64,000 bases of DNA from Patescibacteria group bacterium (GTDB lineage Bacteria > Patescibacteriota > Patescibacteriia > Patescibacteriales > BM507). Positions 20,835-30,666 of this stretch are shown here, piece by piece. The position numbers and the translations under genes were made by a program. Under the pieces are notes generated by a model, which worked only from the letters and a program-made list of their open reading frames with translations, did no database searches and was not told where the DNA came from. The stretch covers positions 10,664-74,663 of the forward strand of contig JAQIDC010000036.1 of assembly GCA_027858235.1 (NCBI GenBank), written 5' to 3'. Position 1 is the stretch's first letter. Each line of letters opens with the position of its first letter.

Positions 20835-22085
20835 TTATGAAATAAGCAATTTGTCTATTAATTCTTCTTTTTCTAACATCTCTGCTTTTTCCTCATCTCT
20901 TTTTTTGAATTCAAAAACATTTTTCTTTAAGTTTTTTTCACTAATTACAACTCTATAAGTGCATCCGATTAAATCAGCTTCAGCAAATTTTGCGCCAGCA
21001 CTAAAATCCCTGTCGTCATATAATACTTCAATGTCTTTGTTCATTAATTCTTCATACAATCCCTCAGCAAGTTTTTTAACATCTTTGTTGTCACTTTTCA
21101 GTTCAATTAAATGCACTCTATAGGGGCTAAGCTCGTCTGGCCAAACAATTCCTTTCTCGTCATGATGAACTTCAACCACAGTCCCCATAATTCTACTAGG
21201 ACCTATGCCGTAGCAACCCATAATAACAGGTTTTTTATTTCCCTCTTCGTCCACATATTGGAAACCAAAAGGCTCAGAAAACTTCGTAGCAAGTTTAAAA
21301 ATATTACCAACTTCCACTGCCTTCTCTTCTTCTAATTTTTCATTTCCACAATTGGGACAAGCATTTTGTTCTTCAATAATTTCACTATTTATTGCAACAC
21401 TACAATCTTGGCAAATATAGATAGTGTCTTCCCCTGCCTCAGTTACCGTTTGGAATTCATGAGAATATTTTGAAAAAGAACCACCAGAAGCATAGGTTAA
21501 ATATGTATTCTCCAACAAACCACATCTTTCAAAAATTTTAAAATATGCTTTCTGAGCATTCAAATAAAAATTATTTAAATCATCATTATCAACATGAAAA
21601 GAATAAAGATCCTTCATTAGAAATTCTCGACCTCTAATAAGACCAGCCTTCGCTCTTTTTTCATTTCTAAATTTTGTTTGAATATGATAAGGATAAACAG
21701 GTAAGTCTTTGTACGAAAAAACGTGTTTTTGAACCAATGGGGTAACTATTTCTTCATGTGTTGGAGCTAGGGCATATTCCTTTGAATCTGATGAATTTCC
21801 CAATTTAAACAACGCATCAAAACCTTCCCAACGATTTGTTTGTACCCAATTTTCTTTTGGATTTAGCGCTGGCATCAAGAGTTCTTGTCCACCAATCTTG
21901 TCCATCTCTTCTCTGACTATTTGAGATATTTTTTTTAAAACTCTAAGGCCATAAGGCAAATAAGTATAAATACCTGCTCCGAGCTTATCAATAAAACCAG
22001 CCCTAATTAGGGCCTGAGCATTAAAGCTTGTTTCATCTTTTGGTAAGTCTTTTGTTGCTTTAATAAAATTCTTCGATTGTCTCAT
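20835..22085 (-). CDS. proS: Prolyl-tRNA synthetase (short form, no editing insertion)
   Basis: LAPTHEE, KFRNE, RGREFLMKDLYSF, MGCYGIG, ADLIG. Confidence 0.95.
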   Translation of the reverse strand: MRQSKNFIKATKDLPKDETSFNAQALIRAGFIDKLGAGIYTYLPYGLRVLKKISQIVREEMDKIGGQELLMPALNPKENWVQTNRWEGFDALFKLGNSSDSKEYALAPTHEEIVTPLVQKHVFSYKDLPVYPYHIQTKFRNEKRAKAGLIRGREFLMKDLYSFHVDNDDLNNFYLNAQKAYFKIFERCGLLENTYLTYASGGSFSKYSHEFQTVTEAGEDTIYICQDCSVAINSEIIEEQNACPNCGNEKLEEEKAVEVGNIFKLATKFSEPFGFQYVDEEGNKKPVIMGCYGIGPSRIMGTVVEVHHDEKGIVWPDELSPYRVHLIELKSDNKDVKKLAEGLYEELMNKDIEVLYDDRDFSAGAKFAEADLIGCTYRVVISEKNLKKNVFEFKKRDEEKAEMLEKEELIDKLLIS

Positions 22086-22158
22086 ATGTTTATTTCAAAA
22101 ATAAAAGCTCATTAATCAAGCTTTTTATATTACCTATATTACCCCAAAATGGGCTCAG

Positions 22159-22205
22159 TTGTCAAAGTGTTGACAAAAATGTACAATAATACTGTTGTAC
22201 ATTTT
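22159..22205. promoter_or_regulatory. Back-to-back -35 boxes plus 11-bp inverted repeat
   Basis: TTGTCAA 22159-22165 and TTGACAA 22170-22176; AAAATGTACAA-N8-TTGTACATTTT 22176-22205. Confidence 0.55.
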
Positions 22206-22234
22206 GTTAACATTTCAACAGCCAGGAGGGTTCA

Positions 22235-22471
22235 ATGAAATTTTTTTTAGTTGCTCATTTCTCAATATTTATTATATTTTATTTCTACATTTTCTTTGCT
22301 ATAAAAATAGATAGACGAAGGAAAGATCTAAAAAATAAAAAAATTAACAAGCTTATTTTATTGTTAATTACATTTTTCTGGGAAATTATTGTTTTAATTG
22401 CTATAATATTTTACCCCCTAAAGACTGTCATTAAAATAAGGTTATATTTTAAAAACAAAGCGGCTAACTAG
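22235..22471 (+). CDS. Small orphan two-TM protein
   Basis: AGGAGG 22224-22229, two hydrophobic segments, terminator at its end. Confidence 0.65.
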   Translation: MKFFLVAHFSIFIIFYFYIFFAIKIDRRRKDLKNKKINKLILLLITFFWEIIVLIAIIFYPLKTVIKIRLYFKNKAAN

Positions 22472-22514
22472 GCCGCTTTTTTATAAAAAAAAGACAAGCT
22501 CAGAACTTGTCTTT
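22457..22514. terminator. Two adjacent terminators between convergent genes
   Basis: aaagcggc/gccgcttt and aaagacaag/cttgtcttt hairpins. Confidence 0.75.
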
Positions 22515-22710
22515 AATGCATGTTATATACAATAACAATTAGACCCATCATAAACAATAAAATAGCTCTTTTTGCTTTTATTTTATCTATCTCGTAAATG
22601 ACATCAAAAAAATTTCTACTAAAGAATTTTCTAGAGCCTACCATTAGCGCGGACATGATTATCATAACTATACCAATAATAATTCCTACACCGGACCAGG
22701 GACTAATCAT
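22513..22710 (-). CDS. Small orphan two-TM protein
   Basis: AGGAG upstream, two hydrophobic stretches. Confidence 0.6.
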   Translation of the reverse strand: MISPWSGVGIIIGIVMIIMSALMVGSRKFFSRNFFDVIYEIDKIKAKRAILLFMMGLIVIVYNMH

Positions 22711-22740
22711 TGTTTTCTCCTTTACTAAAGAGCTGTTATA

Positions 22741-23631
22741 TTATTTTCTAAACCTCTCCCAAACAACAAGTAAGGGACTAGCTAGAAAAATTGAAGAATA
22801 AGTACCTATACCAATACCAATAGTTAGAGCCAAAACAAAAGATCTAATAGTCTCTCCTCCAAAAATCAAAACTGAAACCAAAACCAGGAGAGTTGTCATG
22901 GAAGTATTTATTGAACGAGTGACTGTTTGATTAACACTCTTATTTACTGTATCTTCAAAGTCCGCATCACTAATTGGCAAGTTCTCACGAATTCTATCAA
23001 AAACAACAATCGTATCATTCACACTATAACCAAGCACGGTCAAAATCGCGGCCACAAAAGGGGTGTTTATTTCTACCCCAAAATATTTTCCAAGGATTGC
23101 AAAAACACCTAATGTAATTATAACATCGTGAAACAGGGCGATATTTGCCACAATACCATATTTCCATGAAGCGATTGGCTTTGAAACACGTCTAAATACC
23201 CATGCAATATAGGCTACAATTGCCAAGAGAACTAGAAGAGTAGCATAAATTGATTTCTTTTTTAATTCTTGACCAATCGAAGGTCCAACTGCCTCAAAAC
23301 GCATTTCTTCAAAACTTATTTCACCTTCTATATTTTTCAGAGCTGAAATTACCTCTTGATGTTTTTCCTCACTAATTTCCTGAAACCTTAGAAGCATTCC
23401 ATCAGCGCCAACTGGTTGTATCACTAAACTACTTAATTCTACTGATGATAATCTATCTTGGACTTCTGCTACAGATGGTATTGACTCATCATATCTGATT
23501 TCAAGTATTGATCCTCCTGTAAAATCAATGCCTAACTTTAAACCAAAAGATAGCAAGAGAACTAAAGAGATTACTACAAACAAACTTGAAATACTTAACC
23601 AAATTTTTCTATTTTGAATTATTTTATACAT
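22741..23631 (-). CDS. secF: Protein translocase subunit SecF
   Basis: LGIDFTGG, VGPSIG, GYSVNDTIVVFDRIRE. Confidence 0.97.
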   Translation of the reverse strand: MYKIIQNRKIWLSISSLFVVISLVLLLSFGLKLGIDFTGGSILEIRYDESIPSVAEVQDRLSSVELSSLVIQPVGADGMLLRFQEISEEKHQEVISALKNIEGEISFEEMRFEAVGPSIGQELKKKSIYATLLVLLAIVAYIAWVFRRVSKPIASWKYGIVANIALFHDVIITLGVFAILGKYFGVEINTPFVAAILTVLGYSVNDTIVVFDRIRENLPISDADFEDTVNKSVNQTVTRSINTSMTTLLVLVSVLIFGGETIRSFVLALTIGIGIGTYSSIFLASPLLVVWERFRK

Positions 23632-23635
23632 ATTT

Positions 23636-25714
23636 TTATTTCTTATTTGTTAATTGTCTTCCTCCAAATAGCCAAGGTCTCTTTCCAAAGAATTCTGTAT
23701 CAAGTATTTTTGAAAAATTCTTAGTAACAACTACGGCTGTTAACATTGACATTGTTACACCAAGACCAAGTGTTATCGCAAATCCTTTTACAACACTGGT
23801 TGAGAATTGAATCAAAATAAAACAGGTAATCAATGTTGAAACATTACCATCACGGATTGATGGCCAAGCTTTTTTGAAAGCCTCATCAAGTGCTAGGTTA
23901 TATGGGTTTCCTCTCCTTAGCTCTTCTTTCAGTCTTTCAAATATCAAGACATTAGCATCAACCGCCATTCCGATAGACAATATAAATCCAGCCATTCCAG
24001 AAAGTGTTAAGGTGACTGGCCAAAGTTTGAATATTGCAAGTACCAATATACCATAAATAGTTAGGGAAAAAACAGCCAAAACACCAGATAGTCTATAATA
24101 GAGTATCATAAATATAGCCACCAAAATAAGTCCCGCCAATCCAGCCTTTAGACTTTCCATTAGAGAAATCTTACCGAGGCTTGGCCCAACTGTTTGTTGG
24201 CTTATAAGCTCAATAGGCACAGGGAGAGCACCAGCGTTTAGTCTTTGCGCTAAAAGTTTAGCGTCAACTACATTGAAGCTTCCAGAAATTACAGCTCGAC
24301 CACTTGGAATTCTTTCATTAACCGTTGGAATACTTATTGGATAGGCATCAAGGAAAATAGCGACTGGCTTACCTATATTTCTCTCAGTAATATCAGCGAA
24401 TAAATCAGTACCCTCTGAATCAAACTCAAGGGAGACTTCAGGACTGTTATCACTTGGATTAAAACTTACTGTCGCTCTTTCAAGATTTTTCCCAGTTAAC
24501 TCAGTATTTCTCCATTCTGCTTGAGGCCCAATTATATCAAGCTCTGTTGTTTTATTTATTTTTACTACACTCACCTTATATTCAAAAGTAGTTCTTTCAT
24601 CTTCCTTGTAAATCAAATGGTAACCAAATTGTGTTTCAACCACGAAAGAAATAGTTCCAACTTCTTGAGGGAAAACAGTGTCCTCAAATGGAGTAACCAT
24701 CATCCCCTTTGAGAACCAGCCAAGCGTTCCTTCTCTGTCCGCCCCACCTGGCTCTGTTGTATATTCCTTAACTAATGAAACAAAATTTGAAGGAGTAGCT
24801 GTTTCTTTTATTTCTTTAATTTTTGTATAAGCCTCATCTTTCGATAGCCCGTCTTCACATCCAGCGACTTCATTGTGACAAAGTAGCAAATGAGACGCTT
24901 TCACTTCTTTTTCAACGTCGTTCTCGTCAAAAGGATTTGTTTTTTCTTTTTTGTCTTCTAATTTATAAATTTCGTAAGCAGAGGGAGCGTCTATTAATTC
25001 TTCGGTATAAGCACCCACTTCCAGGTTCTCAACCAGAGAGACTGTTCTTTGGTCATCTAGATTTGTTACATAATCTAGATTACCTCCAGCAATTTTTATA
25101 TTTTCGTCAGTAGAATATTCTTTTGATATTTCAATAAAATCTGAACCGTCTTTTATTTTTGATAATGCTTCTTCTGCTTTTTCTTTCGCTACAGCGTTCT
25201 CAGCCTCTATTTGAACCTTTTCTTCTTCTGTAAGTTCCCTTATTTCTGTTTCTTCCTCTTTGAACTCAAGCAATGGAGTCTCTCCAATTTGTTGGATTGC
25301 TTCGTTTACATCAGTTATTCCAGCTAACTCAACTATAATTCTATGTTCTCCACCAGAAATATTCGTTTGTACAACTGGTTCAGAAACTCCAAAAACATTT
25401 ACTCTTCGTTCAATAACATCACGAACTCCCTCAAGGGCAGCTCCAGCATCCCCGTCATCAATCAAGCTCATGTCAGCCTTATAAACCAAATGTGTTCCAC
25501 CTTGTAGGTCAAGACCCAACTTAAAGGGAATGGGTTCTACACGAGGTAAACTTATTCCAAATTTTCCTTCTAAATAATCTGCTGATTTATCATAATAACT
25601 GCTACCATCTATCATGGACAATCCAAAAGTGATAATAATAATAACAATAAAAGTTCTCCAAATTTTCCCACGAACACCTGGTTTTAAGATTCTCGATATA
25701 ATATTTTCTGACAT
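23636..25714 (-). CDS. secD: Protein translocase subunit SecD with inserted parvulin (PpiC) domains
   Basis: LGLDLQGG, GALPVP, GMAVDANVLIFER plus KASHLL...GTLGWF...FEDTVF...VETQFGYHLI. Confidence 0.95.
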   Translation of the reverse strand: MSENIISRILKPGVRGKIWRTFIVIIIITFGLSMIDGSSYYDKSADYLEGKFGISLPRVEPIPFKLGLDLQGGTHLVYKADMSLIDDGDAGAALEGVRDVIERRVNVFGVSEPVVQTNISGGEHRIIVELAGITDVNEAIQQIGETPLLEFKEEETEIRELTEEEKVQIEAENAVAKEKAEEALSKIKDGSDFIEISKEYSTDENIKIAGGNLDYVTNLDDQRTVSLVENLEVGAYTEELIDAPSAYEIYKLEDKKEKTNPFDENDVEKEVKASHLLLCHNEVAGCEDGLSKDEAYTKIKEIKETATPSNFVSLVKEYTTEPGGADREGTLGWFSKGMMVTPFEDTVFPQEVGTISFVVETQFGYHLIYKEDERTTFEYKVSVVKINKTTELDIIGPQAEWRNTELTGKNLERATVSFNPSDNSPEVSLEFDSEGTDLFADITERNIGKPVAIFLDAYPISIPTVNERIPSGRAVISGSFNVVDAKLLAQRLNAGALPVPIELISQQTVGPSLGKISLMESLKAGLAGLILVAIFMILYYRLSGVLAVFSLTIYGILVLAIFKLWPVTLTLSGMAGFILSIGMAVDANVLIFERLKEELRRGNPYNLALDEAFKKAWPSIRDGNVSTLITCFILIQFSTSVVKGFAITLGLGVTMSMLTAVVVTKNFSKILDTEFFGKRPWLFGGRQLTNKK

Positions 25715-25875
25715 AAAACAAAATACCCAATGAAAGGTATTATTTAATTAACTTATTTAAATATAATAGGCTAAATTGCTAATATTTGCAATATTGACAA
25801 ATGATAATTCTAGTGTTATAGTTTTCGACTGACTATAGATAGAACCTTGAAAATCAATCATGTGAGGAGGAAAAA

Positions 25876-26553
25876 ATGTATAATCTTTCTTTTAGGGAAA
25901 AGGCTTTAATCTGGAGTAAATATATCAACCTTTTTAGAAATGGTCATCCATCGATAGGGAAGCTCAACGATGCAGATTACGCCATAGTTCTATCTTTTGG
26001 AAGAATAACAATAAGCAACGAAGACTTTTTTTATGTAATAAAAAATCTTCCAAGATGCAAAGACAACATTTTATCTTTTGATGAATTAATTAAAACTTTC
26101 GATTTTGATTCAGGAATATCCAATATTGAGATTGCCAAAGAGTGTTATCTTATCCTTAAGAAATATAGAATAAAAATATTTGTTCAATGGGAAGTAGCCT
26201 TCGAAATGTACAGACTTCACCCTCAAAACTACAAAAATTTTGACAAGCTAATAGTTTCTATTTGGCCAGAAACCGACAAGAAAAATTTTACAACTATGGA
26301 TGTTTTACAGCAAATAAAAACCAAAGTCTCGGAGGATTCTTTGAAACAGCCGATTCTAATTGCCAATAACTGGATGAGTATCCGAGCTGCCCTGCTAGTA
26401 AAAAAGCAGATAGGAACATTCCCTGTCTTAACCCCTCTCGATTGTAGCTCTTTCAACTTAGAGGCTATTCAAAAATGGGTAAACAGTTATAGCAGATGGA
26501 TAGTCTACGAAACACTAACAAGGATGCATCATTTTCTATTCAAATGGATCTAA
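25876..26553 (+). CDS. Hypothetical protein with own promoter, RBS and terminator
   Basis: TTGACA near 25794, AGGAGG 25865-25870, terminator 26559-26587. Confidence 0.75.
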   Translation: MYNLSFREKALIWSKYINLFRNGHPSIGKLNDADYAIVLSFGRITISNEDFFYVIKNLPRCKDNILSFDELIKTFDFDSGISNIEIAKECYLILKKYRIKIFVQWEVAFEMYRLHPQNYKNFDKLIVSIWPETDKKNFTTMDVLQQIKTKVSEDSLKQPILIANNWMSIRAALLVKKQIGTFPVLTPLDCSSFNLEAIQKWVNSYSRWIVYETLTRMHHFLFKWI

Positions 26554-26558
26554 CACAC

Positions 26559-26587
26559 AAAAAGCCCCTCAAGTAAGGGGCTTTTTT
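26559..26587. terminator. Bidirectional terminator
   Basis: aaaaagcccct...aggggcttttt between convergent genes. Confidence 0.8.
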
Positions 26588-26616
26588 CATGTCTATTCTA
26601 TAATAATTTAAATCGA

Positions 26617-27288
26617 CTACATCCTTCCACCAACCTCCTCTTCGAGTCGTTCAAGAAATTCTTTATAATATTTGTGCCTTTCCGTAGCCATTTCTTTTCC
26701 TGCTTTTGTATAAAATTTATCCAAAATATCTTTCTGTTTTATTTCATATTCAATCTGTACGCTATGAATAGTCTTATCTTGAATGTCTCCCTTTCGATGC
26801 CCCTCCATGTTCTCATTTATATATTTATCTAAATCATCAACCTTTTTAAAAATTTTTGCTCTATGCTTTCCAATCCAAGCATAAGATCTGGCTATACCAA
26901 TAGCTCCGATTGAATCTAGCTTATCTGCATCAAAAAGAATCCTCGCTTCAATGCTCTCAGGAACTCTCCCTTTCCTGTACCTATGAGTTAATATACAATT
27001 TTTAACTTGCTCAATTTTTTTTGCATTATACCCAATTTGCTCAAGAACCTTCTCGGCTTTTTGAGCACCAACCACCGCATGATCGGTCTCCCCGGTTTTA
27101 TCATTATTTTCCTCATCTTTTCCGATGTCGTGAAGCAAAGAGGCTATTTCTAGAACTTCTAAATCTACACGCTCCTCTTTCTCTGCAATGTTTTTGCAAA
27201 GATTATGAACTCGCATAACATGATCGATGTCATGAGCCGCACACTCCTTCATCTCATCCACTGCAATTTTTTTTATCTTATCAATCAT
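26617..27288 (-). CDS. HD-domain phosphohydrolase
   Basis: HDIDHVMRV, LLHDIG, DADKLDSIGAIGIAR. Confidence 0.92.
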   Translation of the reverse strand: MIDKIKKIAVDEMKECAAHDIDHVMRVHNLCKNIAEKEERVDLEVLEIASLLHDIGKDEENNDKTGETDHAVVGAQKAEKVLEQIGYNAKKIEQVKNCILTHRYRKGRVPESIEARILFDADKLDSIGAIGIARSYAWIGKHRAKIFKKVDDLDKYINENMEGHRKGDIQDKTIHSVQIEYEIKQKDILDKFYTKAGKEMATERHKYYKEFLERLEEEVGGRM

Positions 27289-27350
27289 AAAATATTAACT
27301 AAGTCTCTTCTTTTTATTTCGACTACAGCAAGGGGCTTTCTACACAAGAT

Positions 27351-27776
27351 TTATTCTCTTATCTCAAAATAGGTTTTCTTTTTCTTTATTGCTTCTAAAA
27401 CAATTTTTACAGGCTCAAACAAAGGTTCAGGTAGATCATCGAGAGAATACCAACCTATGCTTTCTATCTTATCTGGTTCACATATTTTCGGTTCTCCCGA
27501 AATTATTTCAGCAACAAAAGAAACATCCAGATAGTGCTTTCCGTGTTTTATAATATTAGCACAAGAAACAAATTTTATATTCCCAATTTCTACCCCCAAC
27601 TCCTCCATTGCTTCTCTTTTTACTGCAATGGTTAAATCTTCACCATATTCTAGATGTCCGCCCACAGAACCATAGTAACCAGATGCATGAGATCCTTTTC
27701 TCTTTGCCAACAAGGTTTTATTACCATTAATTATAACGGCACCAACACCTACCTTGACTTGTTTATCTTGAGTCAT
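27351..27776 (-). CDS. NUDIX hydrolase (NUDT15/MutT-like)
   Basis: GGHLEYGE...REAMEELG, EPDK. Confidence 0.9.
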   Translation of the reverse strand: MTQDKQVKVGVGAVIINGNKTLLAKRKGSHASGYYGSVGGHLEYGEDLTIAVKREAMEELGVEIGNIKFVSCANIIKHGKHYLDVSFVAEIISGEPKICEPDKIESIGWYSLDDLPEPLFEPVKIVLEAIKKKKTYFEIRE

Positions 27777-27806
27777 AAAATTCTATTTATAGTTTTAATA
27801 TACTTT

Positions 27807-27880
27807 CTACGCTCCACAACACTTCTTATGTTTCTTTCCTGAACCACCCCACTTCGCTAAAGCTACGAGGGGCAAGACTC
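27807..27880 (-). pseudogene. Duplicated secA 3' end (SEC-C motif) broken by a 20-nt insertion
   Basis: Removing 27848-27867 gives ESCPCGSGKKHKKCCGA-stop, matching the SecA tail 100 bp away. Confidence 0.85.
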
Positions 27881-27906
27881 AAATTATTTAAGGTTTCTCT
27901 GGTTCT

Positions 27907-30666
27907 CTACGCTCCACAACACTTTTTATATTTCTTTCCGCTTCCACAGGGGCAATCATCATTTCTTCCGACTTTCTCCCCTGCCTCATTTCTTTCTTTT
28001 TGCTTTATTATTTGCGCGCCTCCCATATCTCCTTTTGACATAGTTTTAGCAGGAGCACTAAACTGAGTTGCCCTATCAATCAAACTTGGTGCTGTGAATC
28101 CTTTACTTACAACATCATCAATTTGACCAACCTTATAAATTGAATAAACTACCTCTTTTTGAATTAAACTATTTAATTCATTGTAGAGAATATATCCTTC
28201 TTTTTTATATTCTACCAAAGGATCTCTTTGTCCATAACCTCGAAGACCAATCCCCTGTCTAACGCTAGACATGGCCTCAAGATGTTCTATCCAGAGCGTG
28301 TCGTATGATCGAATCAAAACTGATTTCTCAATACTAGACCAATCAAGTCCAAAACCATCAGCACTTTTCTTAATTTCTGTATATCTCTCCTTGGCTTGTT
28401 TAACTAAACTTTCTATGATTTCTGTTCTTATATTTGCTTTGTCCAATTTCGGAGTTTCTTCTTTATTGCTAACAAGTTCTTTTTTCGATTCATCATTAAC
28501 CTTAAATATAGTTGAAGCTACTTGATAAATTTCCCCTACATCCCATTCTTTGATGTACTCTGAAACTGTATGGAAAGAAACAACTTGTTCAATTTCATTC
28601 TCCACCATTTCAAGAACTGTATCGCTTAAAACATCTTTGTTATCTTCTGACTCAGAAGAAACGAGTATATTTTTTCTTTTTGAATAGATTGATTCTCTAT
28701 GTTTATTTATAACGTCATCATACTCAACCAAATGCTTTCTAATATCAAAATTATTCCCCTCAACTTTTTTCTGAGCAGATTCAATGGATCTGGAAATCAT
28801 TTTGTTCTCAATCGGCATATCATCTGGGACACGCAAGGTGGTCATTATATTTTTCATTTTATCACCACCAAAAACTCTCATTAAATCATCTTCCATCGAA
28901 ACAAAAAATTGCGAAGAACCAGCATCCCCCTGACGACCAGCACGTCCACGAAGCTGGTTGTCAATACGTCTAGCTTCATGACGTTCTGTACCGATAACAT
29001 GAAGACCCCCTAACTCTAAAACTTTTTCATGTTGAATCTTCCAGTCGGCATATTCAGGGTCATCTTTTTTCAGTTCTGTTCCACCAAGCATGATATCAAC
29101 ACCACGACCAGCCATATTTGTGGCGATTGTGACAGAGCCGACTTTACCAGCGTCTGCTATAATACGCGCCTCTCTGGCATGATTTTTGGCGTTCAGGGCA
29201 GATGGTCTCAATCCCTCTCGTTCCATTAAGGCAAGTAAGTATTCATTCTTTTCAATTGAAATAGTACCAACTAATACGGGCTGTCCTTTTTTTTGTCTCT
29301 CTCTAATATCTTCAATGACTGCCATATATTTAGCTTCTTCTGTTTTATATATCAGATCATTCTTATCATCTCTTTTGATTGGCTTATTTGTAGGGATAAT
29401 AACAGTTTCAAGACCATAAATTTTTGAAAACTCTTCTGCTTCAGTCACAGCAGTTCCTGTCATTCCGGCTAGCTTGTCATACATTCTAAAATAATTTTGA
29501 AAAGTAATAGTGGCCAAAGTTTGTGATTCTCTTTGAATCTTTACACCTTCCTTGGCTTCAATTGCTTGATGTAATCCTTCAGAATATCTTCGACCAGGCA
29601 TCATTCTCCCAGTAAACTCATCGACTATTATTACTTCGTCATCTTTTACCACATAATCTTTATCTCTTTTAAAAATAGCATGAGCCTTAAGAGCTTGTTC
29701 AATATGATGAACCTCTCTAACTCCAGCTGTAGTATAAATATTTTCTACACCAAGCATTTTTTCCATTTTAGTAATTCCTTCTTCGGACAAAGTTGAAGTT
29801 CTCATTTTTTCATCAATATTGTAGTCAACATCTTCTTTTAATTTTTTAACCAAATCAGCAAACTGAAAATATTTATCAGTAGATTCTTCAGCTGGCGCAG
29901 AAATTATCAAAGGTGTTCTTGCCTCATCGATTAGAATAGAATCGACTTCATCAACAATTGTAAAGTACAAATCTCTTTGTACCATTCTATCTAGACTAGG
30001 AACCATGTTGTCCCGAAGGTAATCAAAACCAAACTCGTTATTTGTTCCATACAAAACATCGCACTTATAAGCTTCGCCTCGTTCAACTTGTCTAAAGTGT
30101 TTTAGTTTTTCCTCGAACTCTTCATTGTCAGAAAATTCAGGATCATACATTAGTGACTTATCATGGATAATAACACCCGTAGAAATACCAAGAAAATGAT
30201 AAACTGGAGCATTCCATCCAGCTCCCATTCGAGAAAGATAATCATTAACGGTTATTAAGTGGCAACCATAGCCAGCAAGCGCGTTTAAGTAAAGAGCTAA
30301 TGATGCGACAAGTGTTTTACCTTCCCCAGTTTTCATTTCTGCAATTTGACCTCTGTGCAAGGCAACACCACCAACTAACTGAACATCGTAGGGACGTTGA
30401 CCTATGACTCTCCAAGCAGCTTCACGAATAACAGCAAAAGCTTCTGGAAGTATATTATCTAGTTTTTTTCTTAATTCTTCTTTTTCAATTTTCTCACCTT
30501 CTTTGATGGAGAGTTTATCTCGAAATTTTTGGGTATAGGCTTTTAATTCATCGTCTGTTTTCGCCTTCATTTCCTCCTCAAAAGCATTAATCTTATCTAC
30601 GGTAGTATTAATCTCTTTAATAACTTTATCATTCGGATCCCCGAAAATCTTATCTAATATTCCCAT
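27907..30666 (-). CDS. secA: Preprotein translocase ATPase SecA
   Basis: MKTGEGKT, DEVDSILIDEARTPLIIS, C-terminal CPCGSGKKYKKCC. Confidence 0.99.
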   Translation of the reverse strand: MGILDKIFGDPNDKVIKEINTTVDKINAFEEEMKAKTDDELKAYTQKFRDKLSIKEGEKIEKEELRKKLDNILPEAFAVIREAAWRVIGQRPYDVQLVGGVALHRGQIAEMKTGEGKTLVASLALYLNALAGYGCHLITVNDYLSRMGAGWNAPVYHFLGISTGVIIHDKSLMYDPEFSDNEEFEEKLKHFRQVERGEAYKCDVLYGTNNEFGFDYLRDNMVPSLDRMVQRDLYFTIVDEVDSILIDEARTPLIISAPAEESTDKYFQFADLVKKLKEDVDYNIDEKMRTSTLSEEGITKMEKMLGVENIYTTAGVREVHHIEQALKAHAIFKRDKDYVVKDDEVIIVDEFTGRMMPGRRYSEGLHQAIEAKEGVKIQRESQTLATITFQNYFRMYDKLAGMTGTAVTEAEEFSKIYGLETVIIPTNKPIKRDDKNDLIYKTEEAKYMAVIEDIRERQKKGQPVLVGTISIEKNEYLLALMEREGLRPSALNAKNHAREARIIADAGKVGSVTIATNMAGRGVDIMLGGTELKKDDPEYADWKIQHEKVLELGGLHVIGTERHEARRIDNQLRGRAGRQGDAGSSQFFVSMEDDLMRVFGGDKMKNIMTTLRVPDDMPIENKMISRSIESAQKKVEGNNFDIRKHLVEYDDVINKHRESIYSKRKNILVSSESEDNKDVLSDTVLEMVENEIEQVVSFHTVSEYIKEWDVGEIYQVASTIFKVNDESKKELVSNKEETPKLDKANIRTEIIESLVKQAKERYTEIKKSADGFGLDWSSIEKSVLIRSYDTLWIEHLEAMSSVRQGIGLRGYGQRDPLVEYKKEGYILYNELNSLIQKEVVYSIYKVGQIDDVVSKGFTAPSLIDRATQFSAPAKTMSKGDMGGAQIIKQKERNEAGEKVGRNDDCPCGSGKKYKKCCGA

